From: an uncultured Bacteroidales bacterium
GTDB lineage: Bacteria; Bacteroidota; Bacteroidia; Bacteroidales; Paludibacteraceae
Direction of reading: 5' to 3'
Assembly (NCBI GenBank): GCA_937892015.1
Contig: CALAUY010000049.1
Coordinates: forward strand, 1-44,754
DNA length: 44,754 nt
A model generated the notes under the pieces. The model worked only from the letters and a program-made list of their open reading frames with translations, searched no databases and was not told the DNA's origin. Within the stretch, counting starts at the first letter, position 1. The number at the start of each line of letters is the position of its first letter. This document shows positions 8,932-18,400 of the stretch, piece by piece. The position numbers were made by a program, and so were the translations under genes.

Positions 8932-10026
8932 ATTATTTCGATGGTGGACGACGTGCTCAACGACCCCGAATGGGAGGAGCCTCTCTACCACTACGATGGC
9001 GGCAAGTCCGAACAGAACTGCCCGTGGGGACCGTATGCACCAATCATCAACTCGTGGGAGAGCCGTGCCAACCGACTCGCATCGTCTATCCCCACCACCT
9101 TCTTCGCACACGCCATCATGAGTTGCTATGATATAAAGAACTCAGACCGTAAGTCGGCACTGGACCCCCGCGGCGACATGCTGATGACACCACGCTCGAT
9201 GGGTACTACCGCCAACTCCGATGTGCTGCGTTACCTTGAGAGCAACATCGGTATGGACAACTCGATGAAAGTGACGTATTATCCCGACCTCTATGCCACG
9301 GATGCTATGTCGAATCCTTACACGCAAAACAATGGTTATATCGCGCTGATTACCACCGAAGAACTGATGTTCATCAAGGCCGAGGCTCAATACTGGGCAG
9401 GCGACAAAGCAGCAGCCTACAACACCACCGTTGAGGCGACAAAGAAGAACATGGAGCGTTATGGTATCTACGAGTCGGCACTGGCCACTGCCGCCAAGAG
9501 ACGCTACGACCGTTTCTTCGAGGTGAAGTTGCCGGGCGCAGTTGATTTCACCATCGGCGATCTGATGCAACAGAAATACGTGGCGATGTACCTGCAACCC
9601 GAGCAGTGGACAGACATGCGTCGCTACAACTATAGCTCCAAAACCAACGGCATCCAGTACGACAACTGCTTCGTCTATACAGTGTACACCGTCCACAACG
9701 GCTCTTCTAAGAAATGGGATGCTTCCAGCTTCTCCGGCGAATACTCGCTACGCCGTCCGTACAACCTCTACGAACCCTATTGGTGCACTTCGGACGACTA
9801 TGGCATCAATGCTGAGTTGTCGCCCAATGCGTGGATCAACCGCCTTAATGCCGACACCGAGACTGAGACCAAGTATAACAAGGGCGAACTGGACCGCATC
9901 GGCTATTACACGACCAATGCGGCAGGGGAGAAAGTGTTGGACTACCGCGTACTCAAGCGCCGACTAATCTGGGCACACAACACGAGCGGAAAGGCCGTTT
10001 GCAACGACCCCACACCGTGGATGTAA
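8932..10026 (+). pseudogene. RagB/SusD family outer-membrane nutrient-binding protein, 5'-truncated (no signal peptide or lipobox, no upstream susC)
   Basis: SusD-like C-terminal blocks: ...DPRGDMLM..., YIALITTEELMFIKAEAQYWAGDKAAAYNTTVEATKKNMERYG and YVAMYLQPEQWTDMRRYNYS. About 365 aa remain of an expected 500-600. Confidence 0.75.
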
Positions 10027-10097
10027 ATGCGGTTGGATTCTAATAATAGGATTAATGACACCTTATTAATATATACGCGTGCGTAAACAATAAAGAT

Positions 10098-10955
10098 ATG
10101 AAACTAAGAACAAAAATACTGATGCTTGCGGCGATGACCTTGACCGCAGCGTCTTGTGCGAAGCACGATTTCTTCGACGAAACGACCATCACCGGCAACG
10201 TTGGTCCCGAGGCGTACTGGGAGATAGGTAGTGCCGCCGTCAGTGCCGGTGGTGAGATGGAGTTCACCGTGCAGTACTACTCATCGGTGAGCGAGCTCGA
10301 CCACTCTGAAGTGTGGTACGACATCGAGGAGACGATTGACCAGACCGTCACCTGTCCGTGGACCAGCACCTTCAGCTATTCGCTGTCGAGCAACGTGAAA
10401 GCGCAGAAACGTGTGTCGCAGAAAATCAAGGAGTATCCCCATCTGGCGGAATATTGGAGCGACTCGCTTCATGCTTTCACCTTCACCGGCACGTTCCCCG
10501 TCAGCGGCACACTCGCCCGCTTCTCGTGGAGTCACCCCGAGGAGTTCGACTCCACGAAAATGGTCACGTATTTTGGCGAGGGCTATATGGAGACCTTCAA
10601 AGAAGCGGTGCATACCCGCATGCAGTACGCCGACTACCGTAAGATGTACATCGGTATGGGACTGATGGACGACTTCACACAATATACCGACTCCACCGAG
10701 GACAAGAACCAAGGCGAGGGTATCTATGTGTACCATTTCAAGCAGGATGCCGACGGCAACACCCTCCCGTGGGTGACCGACTCGATGGAACTGTATTGGA
10801 ACAAAGTGACGTTTGAGATGCTGGTGGAGAACTCTGCCAACGGCTATTACGACGTGGATTACAACCGCTCGTATTCGCTCAACGCCCTGATGAAAGTCTA
10901 TGATGTGCGCGGCGTCTATTCCGCTACGCAATCCAAAGAAATTGCAATCAACTAA
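10098..10955 (+). CDS. lipoprotein of unknown function in the SusE/F position (candidate surface glycan-binding protein)
   Basis: 285 aa with ATG start and lipoprotein signal MKLRTKILMLAAMTLTAAS-C. Lies immediately downstream of the susD fragment. I recognise no domain. Confidence 0.6.
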   Translation: MKLRTKILMLAAMTLTAASCAKHDFFDETTITGNVGPEAYWEIGSAAVSAGGEMEFTVQYYSSVSELDHSEVWYDIEETIDQTVTCPWTSTFSYSLSSNVKAQKRVSQKIKEYPHLAEYWSDSLHAFTFTGTFPVSGTLARFSWSHPEEFDSTKMVTYFGEGYMETFKEAVHTRMQYADYRKMYIGMGLMDDFTQYTDSTEDKNQGEGIYVYHFKQDADGNTLPWVTDSMELYWNKVTFEMLVENSANGYYDVDYNRSYSLNALMKVYDVRGVYSATQSKEIAIN

Positions 10956-10971
10956 ACAGATTTTTGAGCCT

Positions 10972-12672
10972 ATGAAACGCAATATCTTCAATCATCTCAT
11001 GTTGGCATTACTGCCGCTCCTGGCGGTCAGTTGTTACGACAACGTCCCCAAAGTGGAGGAACTGCCGCAAGATGCCGTATCGTTTGAGTACAGCGTACTG
11101 GGAGACTACGCGCTCGACTACTACGTGGGTTCGGTCATCAAGTTTGTCAACACCTCGCCCGCAACCACAGAGGGTACACCCGCTTGGGATTTCGGTGACG
11201 GTGCATCCGCGACAGGTGACGAGGTGGAGCATTTCTTCGAGGAGGCCGGCACGTACACCGTCAAACTGACCATCGGCAATTACAGCAAGAGCCAGGTCAT
11301 CATGATATCTGACATCAAGCCACTGCTTACCATCAACCCCATTGAGGGCGGTATCTGCGAGGTGAACACCTCCAAAGTGTCCTTCTCGCTCGAAGTGCCT
11401 AACCCGCAAAACTACTCGCTGGAGTATCTCTGGACACTCCCCGCAGGCACGAAAAATGCTAATGGAGAAATTATCACCACCTGCACCGACCGCTTGCCCG
11501 GTGACCTCACGTTCACTAATGTCGGCTCACAGACAGTCAAACTGCAAGTGAAGATGAACGGGCGTACACTCGAAGAGGGCTCGGCGAATGTACAAGTGGG
11601 CTTCAACCAAGACGTCCCCACGCTCTATTACGCCGTGCAGGGCGGACATATCATGGCATACAAACTGGTGCCTGATGCCGACCGGCCTGCTGACATGGAA
11701 ATAGCGCCATACGACCTCGGACTCTCGTCAGGTCAGCATCCCTTCAACCTACTCTTCAAAGACTCGTCGCTCTTCGTGCTCGATTGTGGCAAACAGTTCT
11801 ACTATGTCAACGACGAGGACGGCGTGCTTGGCGATGGTAAGATTTCCGTCATTAGCAAGGACGGTAGCAAAGTGGAGACGATGATCTCCAACGCCGGACA
11901 GGCCGCTTTCGACGACCCGTTCTACGGATACATCGAGGACGATATCCTCTATTATGCCAACCGCAACACGGGCATCATCCCCGTGCCTATCAATACGCGC
12001 AACGCGCTTTATAGCAGCGCCGAATTTCCCTATCATGTGCAGCACAACTATCTGGGCTACTACAACAACGGTTGGGGATACGGCTCTATCGGCGGATGTC
12101 TGGGTAAGATTGACGGCGTTTGGCATTGGTGTAAGTTCTACAACGGCACCGGCATCTTCCGTTTCACCGACTCCGACATCCTCTCGTCCTCCATCGCGCA
12201 AGGCGATGCCAACAACGTGCCGGCTGCAGGTATAGCGCTCGGCGGTATGTGCCCCAAATCCTTCGCGTACGACAAGAAACTCGGAAAGTTCTATTTCACC
12301 CTCTGGGACGAGGGCTACGCGGGTTTCTACGCTTGCACAATGGACGAGCTGAACGCAATCGGAACGAGCAAATCAAACCTTGCACCCTACAAGATTCTGA
12401 GCGATACAGGACTGGGGTTCGAGGCGAATATCTCCGGTTCACCCGCTTCAGTGGAAGGCACTTCTTCCGAGCCCGTAGCTATCTGTCAGATGGCACTGGA
12501 TGAGAACACAGGTTGCGTCTATTTCGGGTATCGTAACACGAAGAACGACCCCACGAATGCGCCTACAGGCCTCTATCGCTACAACCCCGAAACGAACAAT
12601 ATACAGACTGTGCTGGAAGGTGCGCCCATCTATGGTGTGGTGGTCAACCCAACGAAAGCGAAACTATTCTGA
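10972..12672 (+). CDS. PKD-domain lipoprotein with a beta-propeller-like C-terminal region
   Basis: The ATG at 10972 gives MKRNIFNHLMLALLPLLAVS-C (lipobox); the track start at 10900 overlaps the previous gene. PKD block FVNTSPATTEGTPAWDFGDGASATGDEVEHFFEEAGTYTVKLTIGN. The stop overlaps the next start (ATGA at 12670-12674). Confidence 0.65.
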   Translation: MKRNIFNHLMLALLPLLAVSCYDNVPKVEELPQDAVSFEYSVLGDYALDYYVGSVIKFVNTSPATTEGTPAWDFGDGASATGDEVEHFFEEAGTYTVKLTIGNYSKSQVIMISDIKPLLTINPIEGGICEVNTSKVSFSLEVPNPQNYSLEYLWTLPAGTKNANGEIITTCTDRLPGDLTFTNVGSQTVKLQVKMNGRTLEEGSANVQVGFNQDVPTLYYAVQGGHIMAYKLVPDADRPADMEIAPYDLGLSSGQHPFNLLFKDSSLFVLDCGKQFYYVNDEDGVLGDGKISVISKDGSKVETMISNAGQAAFDDPFYGYIEDDILYYANRNTGIIPVPINTRNALYSSAEFPYHVQHNYLGYYNNGWGYGSIGGCLGKIDGVWHWCKFYNGTGIFRFTDSDILSSSIAQGDANNVPAAGIALGGMCPKSFAYDKKLGKFYFTLWDEGYAGFYACTMDELNAIGTSKSNLAPYKILSDTGLGFEANISGSPASVEGTSSEPVAICQMALDENTGCVYFGYRNTKNDPTNAPTGLYRYNPETNNIQTVLEGAPIYGVVVNPTKAKLF

Positions 12673-15167
12673 TGAAGCGAACGCTACATATAGCTCTTGC
12701 TCTGAGCCTCTGCTCCCTGCTTCTTGCCCCTTGTTCACTCAAGGCGCAACCCAAGCGCGAGTTCCGCGCTTCGTGGCTCACTACCGTTTGGGCAATCGAC
12801 TGGCCTACATCGTGGGGAAATGCGAACAAAGCGCAGCAACAGCAAGACGAACTCAAAGCACTCGTCGATTCGCTCGAAGCAGCGAACATGAACGCCGTCT
12901 TCTTCCAAGTACGCGGCTTCTGTGACGCAATGTACAACTCTCAATACGAGCCGTGGAGTACCTACCTGACGGGAACGCGTGGTGGACAACCCTCGTACGA
13001 TCCGCTGGCAGTGCTCGTGGAGTATGCCCACAGTAAGGGCATCGAGGTGCATGCGTGGATGAACCCCTACCGGTACAGCACATCCTCCGCAACTCACGGA
13101 ACACTCGCAACCGACTACGCCAACACCCATCCCGATTGGCTCGTCAACTGCGGCGGAATCTACATCCTCAACCCCTGCATGCCCGAAGTGAAAGAGCGGA
13201 TTGCAGCAGTGGTGGCCGATGTGGTAGAGCACTACGATGTGGACGGCATCATCTTCGATGACTATTTCTATCAGTCGGGTTACTTGAACACGTACGACGA
13301 CAGCTATTATCAGGCCAGTGGCACTACCCTCAGTCGCGCTGATTGGCGGCGAGCGCAAGTGAACGAGATGGTGAGGATGGTGCGCGATACGATTCGCTCC
13401 ATCAAACCGTACGTCCATTTCGGCATTGGCCCGGCGGGCGTTGCCGGCAAGTCGAACACCTCCGCGCCCGTCTATGGCGTCGAACCGTGTCCGGTCGGTT
13501 CCGACTGGCAGTACAACGGCATCTATTCTGACCCGCTGGCGTGGTACAACGAGCAGACCATCGACTACATGGCACCACAACTGTACTGGACCATCGGTTC
13601 AAGCAACGACTACGACGTGCTCTCCAATTGGTGGAGCAAGATGGCATCGGTCTTCGGGCGACATATGTACCCGTCACAGGACCTCAGCGGCGGTAAGGGC
13701 TCGAGCACTTCGATGGCCGAAGAGATTGGTAAACAGATGATTCTCGACCGCGACCACGACCTCTTGGGCGCACCCGGCAGTTGTTGGTACTCGCTCAACA
13801 CGGGCATGAAAACGGCGGGATTCTTCCGTTATATCCGCAACAACGTCAATCCCCACTTGGCAGTCGTGCCACAGATGTGGTGGCTCAAACAAGATACAAC
13901 CCTGTTCGTCAATAACTTACGTTATCAGAGTATGGGCAACGGCAAGATGTACCTCACATGGGATGCACCGATGGACAATCTGCGATATGTGGTATATAAC
14001 GTACCGCAAGACACAGTGGGCAAGATTGGCGCATTTGCCGGTGGCGATTTCATCCGTTCTATCACGTATGGCACTAACTATGCCATCGATATGACCGGCG
14101 ATGTGGGACGTTTTGGCGTGAGTGTACTCGACCGTTTTGGCAACGAGTACCCCGTCCGTACTTATGGCAACACTGCGATTGGCAACGCAACCCCGGCAAC
14201 CCTCACTTTCCCCGCTGATGGGACTTCACCGCTCTTGCCAACGTGGTTCGCGTGGAACAAAGTGGCCGGTGCCGATTCGTATTTTGTGCAGTTCTCTCGC
14301 ACGGCCGACTTCTCTTCGCTCGACTACGAGACAGAGACGGTCGATACCTGTTTCTTCACCGCCAACGTGCTTTGGCTGACTGAAGGTGCCACCTACTATT
14401 GGCGCGTCGTAACACGTTCGCCCAACTGCCGCGATGCATATTCCGAGACACGCTCTTTCGGATGCTCCTACTTCAAGATGGTCTATCCCGCCGACGAGGA
14501 ACGCGACTGCTCACAGACGCTCACTGCCGTTTGCGACAGTGTCCCTGACCCGTCTGCCGTCTATACGTTCGAGTTCTCAAGGACTGTTTCGTTCGGTGCC
14601 AGTGATATCCTCTACAACGTCTCTGCCGGCCAACCCAGAGCTTCCGTCCCGGAAAACATACTGCTCGCATCTTCTTATTACTACGTGCGCGCAACGGTAG
14701 AGTATTCGGGCGTATCGGCCACCACCGACGTACACCGTTTCCGCACCGCCGCGCAAGTGGTACCCGTACCGACAGTTATCAGCCCTGCTGAGGGCGATAC
14801 CATCATCGGTAGCGAGGTGGAGATTTGTTGGCAAGAACAGGCCTCTTCCGGTTTCCGTGTGGAACTCTCTACTTCCGTCACTTTCGCCGGACGACAAACC
14901 AAGGCGGCTGTCAAGGACCCGACAACGTTCTGCCACACCTTTTCGGATGTTGACCCCGGCACCTACCACGTCCGCGTCAAAGCGGTGGCCGACGGAGTCT
15001 ATACCAATCCAAGTCCCGTCGTCTCCTTCATTATCGAAGCACCAGAGTCCGCACTCACGAACTCCCAAGAAGAGACAACCGCCTGCAAAATACTCGAAAA
15101 CGGACAGGTCATCATCATCCGCGACGGCAAACGCTACACAGTTATGGGAACAATAATAGATAAATAA
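12672..15167 (+). CDS. secreted glycosyl hydrolase-like family 10 (GHL10, YngK-type) protein with three tandem beta-sandwich modules and a shared C-terminal tag
   Basis: 831 aa. Signal peptide ending LKA-QP. GHL10 N-terminal signature REFRASWLTTVWAIDWP...NMNAVFFQVRGFCDAMYNSQYEPWS...YDPL...AHSKGIEVHAWMNPY. Three ~90-aa repeats each end in YYWRV, YYVRA or YHVRV. Tail KILENGQVIIIRDGKRYTVMGTIIDK. Confidence 0.8.
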   Translation: MKRTLHIALALSLCSLLLAPCSLKAQPKREFRASWLTTVWAIDWPTSWGNANKAQQQQDELKALVDSLEAANMNAVFFQVRGFCDAMYNSQYEPWSTYLTGTRGGQPSYDPLAVLVEYAHSKGIEVHAWMNPYRYSTSSATHGTLATDYANTHPDWLVNCGGIYILNPCMPEVKERIAAVVADVVEHYDVDGIIFDDYFYQSGYLNTYDDSYYQASGTTLSRADWRRAQVNEMVRMVRDTIRSIKPYVHFGIGPAGVAGKSNTSAPVYGVEPCPVGSDWQYNGIYSDPLAWYNEQTIDYMAPQLYWTIGSSNDYDVLSNWWSKMASVFGRHMYPSQDLSGGKGSSTSMAEEIGKQMILDRDHDLLGAPGSCWYSLNTGMKTAGFFRYIRNNVNPHLAVVPQMWWLKQDTTLFVNNLRYQSMGNGKMYLTWDAPMDNLRYVVYNVPQDTVGKIGAFAGGDFIRSITYGTNYAIDMTGDVGRFGVSVLDRFGNEYPVRTYGNTAIGNATPATLTFPADGTSPLLPTWFAWNKVAGADSYFVQFSRTADFSSLDYETETVDTCFFTANVLWLTEGATYYWRVVTRSPNCRDAYSETRSFGCSYFKMVYPADEERDCSQTLTAVCDSVPDPSAVYTFEFSRTVSFGASDILYNVSAGQPRASVPENILLASSYYYVRATVEYSGVSATTDVHRFRTAAQVVPVPTVISPAEGDTIIGSEVEICWQEQASSGFRVELSTSVTFAGRQTKAAVKDPTTFCHTFSDVDPGTYHVRVKAVADGVYTNPSPVVSFIIEAPESALTNSQEETTACKILENGQVIIIRDGKRYTVMGTIIDK

Positions 15168-15209
15168 CTAGATAAATAACATGACAACGGCAACAAGAGA
15201 CAATATTCT

Positions 15210-15311
15210 ATGAGAGAAGCAATTAGAGATAAGGAACGTCTGCTGCATATACAATCAGCAATCATGCAGTTGGTTGGAACATGCTTACACCACCCTGTGA
15301 TTGTCCTGTGA
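15210..15311 (+). pseudogene. remnant of a DUF86/HepT-type toxin gene (N-terminal ~28 codons only)
   Basis: ATG at 15210 gives MREAIRDKERLLHIQSAIMQLVGTCLHH..., which resembles the conserved N-terminus of HepT/DUF86 proteins (M.e.irDkeRL.HI..ai..i). The frame then runs into the 11-bp tandem repeat and stops. The start overlaps a preceding mini-ORF stop as ATGA, as in MNT-HepT pairs. Confidence 0.35.
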
Positions 15312-15358
15312 TTGTCCTGTGATTGTCCTGTGATTGTCCTGTGATTGTCCTGTGATTA
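15295..15358. repeat. 11-bp tandem repeat CCTGTGATTGT, about 5.8 copies
   Basis: Read directly: five perfect copies at 15295-15349 plus the partial CCTGTGATT. Lies about 125 bp upstream of the ATG at 15482. Confidence 0.95.
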
Positions 15359-15481
15359 ATAGACATTCAAAAGACTACAAAACAACAAACAAAATAATTT
15401 ACTTAACGCAACCGAGTCATGAGGGACGTGTTCCCACAAGGGGAGGAAGCAAAATTTATTAACTAAAAACAAACACAATTT

Positions 15482-18400
15482 ATGAAAAGACTCTCTCTTT
15501 TCGCTGCTGTCCTTTTTGCAGCAGTAATGTCGTTCGCACAAGCGCCGGCAATCATGTTCTCCGAGGCTGCCTCGACCGGAGCATTGACTGACAGCACTTT
15601 CACGGCGACAAATTTAACTCTTCGGACTGTTGACACCGGTAACAAGATGTCTATCGATGCCAACAATGCCTCTTTCGGCGAGAGTGCAGACGCTCGTGTG
15701 CCATTCTCTTATCGCCTGAAAGCCGGAGCTAAAACGACCATGTCGGATTCAGAACCTACCACCAACTACTTGAAGCTCAATGCAGCTGTTGCCGGTCAGT
15801 TGGTGATTGCTGTTCGTCCTTCCAGCAGCGGTGCTGAGGACAGAAACCTCATCGTTGCACAGAATGGCGTTGAGCTCTACAATCAAGTTATTCTTGAGTC
15901 AGCCTTGAAGCATACCGAAGATGGAGTTACCTACTTCAACTTCGTTAAGGTAAATGTTGAGGCCGGTGAAATTATCCTCACCTATCCCGTTGGAGCCCTC
16001 AATTTCTACTACTTCGGCTTGATGACAAACTCTGCGGCCTTTGTAGAAAAACTTTGGTCAGGAGAACCTCTCGGTTGGACTGCCGCTGACTCCCGTCAAT
16101 GGACCGGTTTCGGCGAGTATGTCTATTGGGAGAGCAAAGCAGAGCATACTATCTATGGAACACATGATGGTGTGACTGTTGACACACTCTTTACCAATGA
16201 CGCTATTGATGGTACGGCTTTCTGTGTGGATGGTGCCGGTAACTTCGTAGTTGAGGGTGTTTTCCCCTCTGTTGCGTCTCACGTTTTCTTGGTTAAACAC
16301 GACCTCTCTGCATCGGTTGATATCCCCGTTACCGGTCTCGCTCGTACGGACATCGTAACTGCTACCGGTGATGTGTTCTCTGCTGAGGGCGGTTATGTAT
16401 TCCTTTATGGTAACTCGGCGAACCTGCTTATTTTAGCTATCAAGAATGCCGGTGCTGCTGACCAAGAGGTTGTAACCAAGACGGTTGCTGTTGCCGGTAG
16501 TAATGTGCAGAACTTTGTGGTTGCCGGAGATACGCTTGTTCAGTATGTGCAGCGTCGTTCGCAAGGACAAACAGGTTTTGATAAGTTAGAGAACGGCGTT
16601 AACACCGGCTCTATTGCCGGCATGCGCGGTTACAAGCACACCACTCTTGGTGGAGCAATGCTTACGTTGGCAGGCAACGAATTTGCAATCTATCCTGCAG
16701 GTGCAAACAACTATTCTTCTGAATTCTCTGTTGCCAACCTGACAGAAGGTTCTTTGGCTGCTAGTAAAGCAGATGCGTTGCAGACTCTCTTCTGCGCAAA
16801 CACAACCACCCGCGCGAACTCCACTAACGTTGGTGTATTCCTTAATGCTTCGAAGATTGACGACAACACCGCTTACATTCAAGTGGGCAATGGCTCTGAT
16901 GGTACTGCCCTGTTCAAACTCTCAGTTGAACCCGCTGTATTGTCGGCTTGCTATCTGAAGCAGGGCAATGAAGGCGCTACTTGGGAAGCTACCGGCACAG
17001 CCCAAGGCACACATTATGTACGTGAAGGCATCTTCATGGCCGACTCACTCTTCATCAACACTACTGCTTCTGACGAGGGGGCTGTCATGTTCACCCGCGA
17101 TAATATCGCCTTCACCGGCAACGTGGCTGTGAACGATACCGTTCGTTTCGTTTACAACGCCGCTTCCGGCGTTATGGGCGTTGAACTGCTCGGCAAGTTT
17201 ATCCCGAAACTGACCTTCAACGTAAAAGTTCCTGAAGGCACGCCGAACTGCTACATTGCCGGTAACTTCAATGACTGGACCTTTACACGTATGACGCAAC
17301 TCACCGACAGCACTTACACCATCACTATTACAGGTGACGGCGTGGCCATCGTTGATAGCGTACAGTACAAGTACACTTGTGGTACTGACTGGGCTTATGT
17401 TGAGAAAGATGCCAACAACGAAGAGATTGGCAATCGCCATTGGGCAGAGAACGACGTTGTTGCACGCTGGTTCGATGTTCCGTCAGTTAACGCTGTTACT
17501 TACGAACTCAATGGTGGCGTCTTCAACGACTACGGCTGGACAGGCAAGGGTGCTGTACTCCTTGATCTCCAGAACGACTTCAATGCCGCTTATAACACTT
17601 CTATGAATTGGGTTAAGGTAGAGGATGGCGTTTACTATTACCATATTGGCAACACTACGGACGAGACACCTCAACCAATATGGAAGACCGAAGCTGAGGC
17701 TGTTGGAGAGGCTTGCACCGTTACGGGCTTTGTCCAGAACACCACTTACAATACCGAGAACCGCCTGAAGAACCTCATCTCCGTTACCAATGTGGATAAG
17801 TATGGTTGGTTGAAGGACGTGATTGTTAAGACACGTACCGCTGCCGGGTTGGCTGCTACTGACGACGACCTCTCAGAGAACATCTATCGTAAAGAGATTT
17901 CCGCTATCTTCTTACAGTCGCCTGCTGAGACCTCTTGGCCGGCAGCTCCGAGCTATGCCATTGCCGGTACTATAGAGGCAATGATGCCGGTTTGGAAACA
18001 CGGTTTCTGCAACCCCGACCACGTCAATGCCGAGTTCACGCTCAATGCACCGTATTATAGCGGATACACGTTCGATGGCTGGTATGCTGAGTCCGACTTC
18101 TCCGGAAGCAAAGTAACGTCTATCAACGACAGTACACCGGCTTGCACCCTCTATGCAAAGTGGGTTGAGTACATCCCGACGGTTGCTGAAGCTATCGCCG
18201 AGGCACAGAACGACACCGTTAAACTCGGTGCGGTGGTTACCTTCATCCGTGGCGCGAAGAACGTTTACGTTCAGGATGCTACCGGCGGCGTTCTACTCTA
18301 TACCGCTGCCAATGCAACGTGCAAAGTGGGCGATTTCGTAGTTGTTCGCGGTAAGAACACCACATACGGCGGCGCTCCTGAGATTGGTGGCGCAACCTTC

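Noticed and set aside
8053-10026. The long ORFs 8053..9111 (-) and 8785..10026 (+), taken at face value as full-length overlapping genes.
   Set aside because: The N-terminal ~60 and ~50 codons of each are simply read-through into the antisense of the other gene and show no family-like sequence. Only 8053-~8925 (MFS) and ~8932-10026 (SusD) look genuine, and both lack their true 5' ends.
17791-17799. A perfect DnaA box TGTGGATAA inside the 1497-aa gene.
   Set aside because: It is isolated. About 0.3 perfect 9-mers are expected by chance in a window of this size on both strands, and no neighbouring boxes or AT-rich element are present.
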